Shown in pieces: positions 59,739 to 64,000 of a stretch of DNA of 64,000 nt (positions are counted from its first letter, which is position 1; every line of letters begins with the position of its first letter). The notes beneath the pieces are model-generated. The model saw only the letters and a list, made by a program, of their open reading frames with translations, did no database searches and was not told the origin of the DNA. The translations under genes and the position numbers were made by a program. The DNA is from Bacteroidota bacterium (lineage in GTDB: Bacteria > Bacteroidota > Bacteroidia > UKL13-3), in the NCBI GenBank assembly GCA_027488905.1, contig JAIYAT010000010.1, positions 213,061 through 277,060 of the forward strand, given 5' to 3'.

Positions 59739-61355
59739 ATGCACGATAACTATATGAAAAAATGGTCTCGCCTTCAAATAGTATTATGGCTTTTTATATG
59801 CATGAGTTCTGTAACCGTAATGGGTCAAAGCAATGTTTTAATACCTTATAGAGACGGAAATCTCTTTGGATTGGCCAATAAAGAAGGGAAGGTTTTACTT
59901 AAGCCTGCCTACCACAAATTGCAAATCATGGGTGGTGGTTATTTTAAATATTGGAAGCAAGTAAAAGCAGCCACAGGTAATGAAGAAGAGGAGTTTGAAA
60001 TAGGAGTGCTAGCTGGAACAAAACCTATTATCCAAGAAGAAGGATTAACCCATTTTGTGTATCTCGCCCAAGGCATAATTATTGGAACAGCCAACTTATA
60101 CAATAGCAATAACTGTAAGTTTTATGATGTAACAGGTAAGCCTTTTTTTAAGGAAAACTTCAAGACTTGCAGGGTGGTGAATCCCTCTTCGCAAGAAAAG
60201 GGTGAGCTACATGCTTTGGCCCTTTTGGTAGAGAAATACGATGAATCTATTAGCATATTGATATTTGATCCTAATACAAAAGACTTTACAACTCCTTTAT
60301 TAGAGAATGTAAGAGGTTTCTCTTTGCAAGCAGCGCTTGTGCCTAGATACATATCGGTTATTAATTATATGGATGCCGATAATCGTCTACAGAAAGACAT
60401 GTTTTACTATAACTATGCTACCCAAAAGCATGTACGAGCTCCTTTCCAAAGCCAAGAAGCACTTTATAAATTGTATCAATCACCAGAGGTATCCCCCAAA
60501 CCAAAAACGATTGCCAAAAAAGAAATGGCAGCAACAGAAACACTTTCTCCCCCTTATTTTAGGTTCGAAAGCAAAACACATGTAAAAAGGGGAGAATATG
60601 AAATAACGCTGGCGGCCAATGAAAGCATCGTCCCAATTTCAATTTATTCAAATCAGGCTCAAGAACAACTGCCCATTCTTAAACAAGGCAAACAATATGC
60701 CTTGCTATTGCCAGACTTAGGCAAAAGCAAAGAGCTTTATGATAGTTTGGTATATGTAAAACAACTTTTCAATTCAAAAGATAACAAGAATCAATGGTGC
60801 TATTTGGCGGCTAAAAGATCTGAGCAAGGTGTCCTTCAATGGGGAATCTTAAACGAAAAGGGAGATGCGAGTGTGCCACTTATGTATGATTCTATTGGAT
60901 TTAAATTAGCAGAATCAAGTTACTTTGAGGGCCAAGGCAATTACCAAATTAAATACCCAGGCAGTTATGTCACTTATGCCCCTTACATCGAAAACAGCTT
61001 ATTAGGATTGTTTTTGGTAAAGAAAAATGGCAAGTATGGACTTGTAAACTTAGTAAATGAGGAAATTGTAGCTGTAAATGCATCCAAGATTTGGCGAAAC
61101 AATATTTCTATTCCAGAAATATTAGGACTTGAAGAAAGATTTTATGTATACCAGCAAGCAAATAGTTATGGTGTTTTTCAACTGAGTTTAGAGGGTGTCG
61201 TATCTAGGAAGACTGGGCCTGTTTTTATAGATATTCCTGTTGCTTTTTATCCAAACTATATGGAAATCCCAGGCTTGGACATTTACTTCGTAATCAAAAA
61301 TCAGGAATTATTTTTTGGCTTGGTTAGCGATGAGGGGAAGAGATATTATCGTTAG
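59739..61355 (+). CDS. WG-repeat-containing secreted protein
   Basis: LIPYR.G.LFG, WGILNEKG...VP..YD, KNGKYGLVN. Confidence 0.75.
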   Translation: MHDNYMKKWSRLQIVLWLFICMSSVTVMGQSNVLIPYRDGNLFGLANKEGKVLLKPAYHKLQIMGGGYFKYWKQVKAATGNEEEEFEIGVLAGTKPIIQEEGLTHFVYLAQGIIIGTANLYNSNNCKFYDVTGKPFFKENFKTCRVVNPSSQEKGELHALALLVEKYDESISILIFDPNTKDFTTPLLENVRGFSLQAALVPRYISVINYMDADNRLQKDMFYYNYATQKHVRAPFQSQEALYKLYQSPEVSPKPKTIAKKEMAATETLSPPYFRFESKTHVKRGEYEITLAANESIVPISIYSNQAQEQLPILKQGKQYALLLPDLGKSKELYDSLVYVKQLFNSKDNKNQWCYLAAKRSEQGVLQWGILNEKGDASVPLMYDSIGFKLAESSYFEGQGNYQIKYPGSYVTYAPYIENSLLGLFLVKKNGKYGLVNLVNEEIVAVNASKIWRNNISIPEILGLEERFYVYQQANSYGVFQLSLEGVVSRKTGPVFIDIPVAFYPNYMEIPGLDIYFVIKNQELFFGLVSDEGKRYYR

Positions 61356-61549
61356 GCAGCTTTTTGTATTTGTAAAGGTTTTGTTTGAACCAAAAATGCA
61401 CAAAACGCTATAATTTAATTGCCTATAATTCAGTTTTTTATATTGGAGTTGTAATTTTAATTCAATCTCAAAAAAACTATTCGAGGCTTAAATAGTTTTA
61501 CTTAGGAGTGAGTAAATTTTCATAATTAAGCGTTGTTGAAAGGCAACAA

Positions 61550-61578
61550 AAAAGGGCACCTTGAGTAAGTGCCCTTTT
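61550..61578. terminator. Bidirectional hairpin terminator downstream of tRNA-Cys
   Basis: AAAAGGGCAC-CTTGAGTAA-GTGCCCTTTT. Confidence 0.8.
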
Positions 61579-61585
61579 ATTTTTT

Positions 61586-61659
61586 TGGAGGTACCGAGCA
61601 GATTCGAACTGCTGTAGAAGCTTTTGCAGAGCCTTGCCTAGCCTCTCGGCCACGGTACC
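61586..61659 (-). tRNA. tRNA-Cys (GCA)
   Basis: GGTACCG acceptor stem, anticodon loop CTGCAAA, T arm AGCAG-TTCGAAT-CTGCT, discriminator U, encoded CCA. Confidence 0.97.
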
Positions 61660-61731
61660 AATTGAGAACTTCAAATATAAGATTTTTTTTTAGCTAGAGA
61701 AGAACTTAGCTAAATAATTTTTGTGATTTCA

Positions 61732-61739
61732 TACCTTTG
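61732..61739 (+). promoter_or_regulatory. Putative -7 element
   Basis: TACCTTTG upstream of ATG 61765. Confidence 0.55.
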
Positions 61740-61764
61740 ACCTTATCAAAACAAAAATAAATAA

Positions 61765-62277
61765 ATGAAGAACATCTTAGTTGTGGCAATTGCTGCCTTA
61801 TCTTTGGCCGCTTGTGGCGGTAATGCATCTCAAACAAAAACCAATGCAGACTCTACAGAAAATCAAACAACCGTAATTGATACAGTAGGCATGTCTTACT
61901 ATGGCGAAAAAATTACGCCAGATAGTGCGGTTTCTGTTGGAGATTTAGCCACATTAATGGGAGATAAAACAGAATTAGCATGCAAAGTATCAGGAGAAAT
62001 TGAAGCGGTTTGTCAAAAAAAGGGTTGTTGGATGGACATTAAGAATCCTAATGGCGAATCAGTTAGAATAACATTTAAAGACTATGGATTTTTTATGCCA
62101 AAAGACGCTTCTGGAAAAAAAGCAATCATGTTAGGTTTAGCTAAAGTTGAAGAAACTAGTATTGCAGATTTACAAGAATATGCTAAGGATGCAGGTAAAA
62201 CGAAAGAAGAAGTAAAAGCAATTACTACTCCAAAAAAGGAACTTGTTTTTGAAGCTAGCGGTGTAATTCTTCAATAA
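61765..62277 (+). CDS. DUF4920-family lipoprotein
   Basis: Lipobox LAAC, YGEKI, VC.KKGCWM, FKDYGFF.PKD. Confidence 0.88.
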   Translation: MKNILVVAIAALSLAACGGNASQTKTNADSTENQTTVIDTVGMSYYGEKITPDSAVSVGDLATLMGDKTELACKVSGEIEAVCQKKGCWMDIKNPNGESVRITFKDYGFFMPKDASGKKAIMLGLAKVEETSIADLQEYAKDAGKTKEEVKAITTPKKELVFEASGVILQ

Positions 62278-62282
62278 GGTTT

Positions 62283-62753
62283 ATGAGGCAATTATATTTT
62301 GCATTTGGCTTATTGTTTTTAATTAGCTTGTTGGTTCAAGCATGCAGTAATGAGCCAAAACCTGCCACAAAGGCTGAGGCTGAGAAGTCAGATTCTTTAG
62401 ACGCTTGTGCAACCATTAAAGACCCAAATCAACCTAAGCCAATGGCTTTGATGATGCGTCAAATGGCTGCAAATTCAGACAGTATGAAAGCGAAAATAAG
62501 TCGTGGTGAAGTTTTAGATTCTTTACAATATCCATTTATAAGATTTTATGCGGTTGAACCAACAGACCCAAATGTGTTAGAACCAAATTTCTTTGAAAAG
62601 GCTAGGTTGTTTCAATCGGCATACAAGGCGTTATTTCAGCATCCTTCTGAGCAAAAAAAGTATTATAATCTAATGATTCAAGCTTGCGTTAATTGTCATG
62701 AAAATTATTGTAGTGGTCCTTTAAAACGAATAAGGAAATTACCCATTCAATAA
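62283..62753 (+). CDS. Lipoprotein with C-terminal CxxCH (probable monoheme helical cytochrome c)
   Basis: Lipobox VQAC, MALMMRQM, ACVNCHENYC.GP. Confidence 0.75.
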   Translation: MRQLYFAFGLLFLISLLVQACSNEPKPATKAEAEKSDSLDACATIKDPNQPKPMALMMRQMAANSDSMKAKISRGEVLDSLQYPFIRFYAVEPTDPNVLEPNFFEKARLFQSAYKALFQHPSEQKKYYNLMIQACVNCHENYCSGPLKRIRKLPIQ

Positions 62754-62806
62754 GTTATACAGAAATTAATTCATACATTTGATTGAAAAACAACCAATCA
62801 AAATTT

Positions 62807-63916
62807 ATGAAAACTTTTTTTACCACCAAAAGACCTATGAAAGTTATACTACTTTTCATGGGTCTTTTTGTTTCTGCCTCTGTTTACACCTACGAAACAG
62901 GAGCTTCACCCGGGTACACTGGAGCTCCTGGAAACAGCAATTGTTCTTCTTGTCATTCTTGCACGCCAATTACTACTGGCAGTGTTTGGGGAGGGATTAC
63001 CTTGACAAGAGTTGGCGGTTCCTTAGCAAGTATTACTGCAAATGCTTCAAATCCAATGAGTCTTTCTTTTTCTTCTTTAACTAGCACTAAGTTTGGATTT
63101 CAATTGTGTGTTTTGCCATCTTCAGCAACCAGTACCACTGCATCTGTTGGTTCTTTAAGCGTGGGGACTTCCACCTTGATTCAAACCTCAAGCACTACTT
63201 CCCCTGCCAGAACTTACCTTAATCAAACTTCTGCAGGTACAGCAGCTAGTTCTGGCAACGCCACTTGGAATTTCAATTGGATTACACCTGCTAGTTATTC
63301 TGGTGGAGCAACTTTTTATGTAGTTATTAACGAGACAGATGGAAATAGCAGTTCTTCTGGTGATCAAATCTACCTTAAAACATTTTCTACGACGGTATTG
63401 CCCGTTAGGTGGTTAGATTTTAGCGCCCAAGAAACCAATGAAGGCGTTATGCTTAAATGGAGCACTGCGACCGAAGTAAACAATAATTATTTTGAAATTG
63501 AAAGAAGTGAAGATGGGTTAAATTTTGAATTTGCTGGAAAAGTAAATGGAATTGGAAATGCAAACAAAATTTCAAGCTACCGCTTTTTAGATGAGGTAAA
63601 TCCTAGCAGAACTTGGTTTTACAGACTAAAGCAAGTTGACTTTGATGGGATAGAAGAGTTTAGTAGAACTATTACCTACCAATCAAATGTTGAACAAGCT
63701 CCAATAGTTTATACCCAAGGTGATTTAAACCAATTGGTTATTAAATCTGAAAGTCCAGCCAATTCAATAAGTGTGTTTTCACTTTCAGGAAAGTTAATAA
63801 CTAAAATAGAGGGTGATGGAAGTAATCAATTTGAACTGCCACAACACCTTAAAGGTCTTTATTTGGTTAATGTTCAAATCGGTTCAAACAATTACTACAA
63901 GAAGCTTTTGTTTTAG
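62807..63916 (+). CDS. T9SS-secreted protein with N-terminal reelin-like/choice-of-anchor-V-like domain
   Basis: GYTGAPG..NCSSCH, KFGFQ, WNFNW..P, LPV.W..F Ig-like domain, CTD. Start uncertain (62807 or 62837). Confidence 0.75.
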   Translation: MKTFFTTKRPMKVILLFMGLFVSASVYTYETGASPGYTGAPGNSNCSSCHSCTPITTGSVWGGITLTRVGGSLASITANASNPMSLSFSSLTSTKFGFQLCVLPSSATSTTASVGSLSVGTSTLIQTSSTTSPARTYLNQTSAGTAASSGNATWNFNWITPASYSGGATFYVVINETDGNSSSSGDQIYLKTFSTTVLPVRWLDFSAQETNEGVMLKWSTATEVNNNYFEIERSEDGLNFEFAGKVNGIGNANKISSYRFLDEVNPSRTWFYRLKQVDFDGIEEFSRTITYQSNVEQAPIVYTQGDLNQLVIKSESPANSISVFSLSGKLITKIEGDGSNQFELPQHLKGLYLVNVQIGSNNYYKKLLF

Positions 63917-64000
63917 CGATAAAGCACCTCTTTAACTGCTTTGCTTACGCGCTCAACGTTTGGTAAGAACTCTTGCACAAATGTTGGTGCGTAGCCAAGC
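63913..64000 (-). CDS. pdhB: 3' end of pyruvate dehydrogenase E1 beta subunit (partial)
   Basis: Minus strand reads LGYAPTFVQEFLPNVERVSKAVKEVLYR*. Confidence 0.75.
   Translation of the reverse strand, partial: LGYAPTFVQEFLPNVERVSKAVKEVLYR

Noticed and set aside
61356-61659. tRNA-Cys as an integration site
   Set aside because: No integrase and no duplicated tRNA 3' end seen; the tRNA is followed directly by its terminator.

Overview
AT-rich (roughly 35% GC by eye) chromosomal segment of a Bacteroidota bacterium. The assignment rests on type IX secretion genes (PorV-like, SprE/PorW, PorZ, CTD cargo), the split atpBEFHAG operon and TAnnTTTG promoters. The content is mostly housekeeping (greA, ruvC, recO, PBP1A, atp operon, serS, ileS-dksA-like-lspA, metF, dgt, clpPX, corA, tRNA-Cys, 3' end of pdhB) with small accessory inserts. 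I saw no transposase, integrase, reverse transcriptase or CRISPR array. The strongest unexplained signal is a dispersed quasi-palindrome, consensus TTCGG(T/G)TTGAACCAA, core GGTTYRAACC. By manual count there are 17 exact cores plus 5 GGGTTGAACC variants, about 100-fold above a simple composition expectation. Copies occur in both orientations, mostly inside genes and in several reading frames, as uptake sequences or HIP1-like chromosomal signals do. Other leads: an unlisted 52-aa zinc-finger ORF with an overlapping antisense membrane ORF, a DksA-like protein with a long histone-H1-like tail, an M23-family protein lacking its peptidase domain next to a bactofilin, a PI3K/HipA-like kinase fold in a hypothetical protein, and heptamer repeats flanking serS and an accessory block. 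All counts and family calls were made by eye, with no database search.
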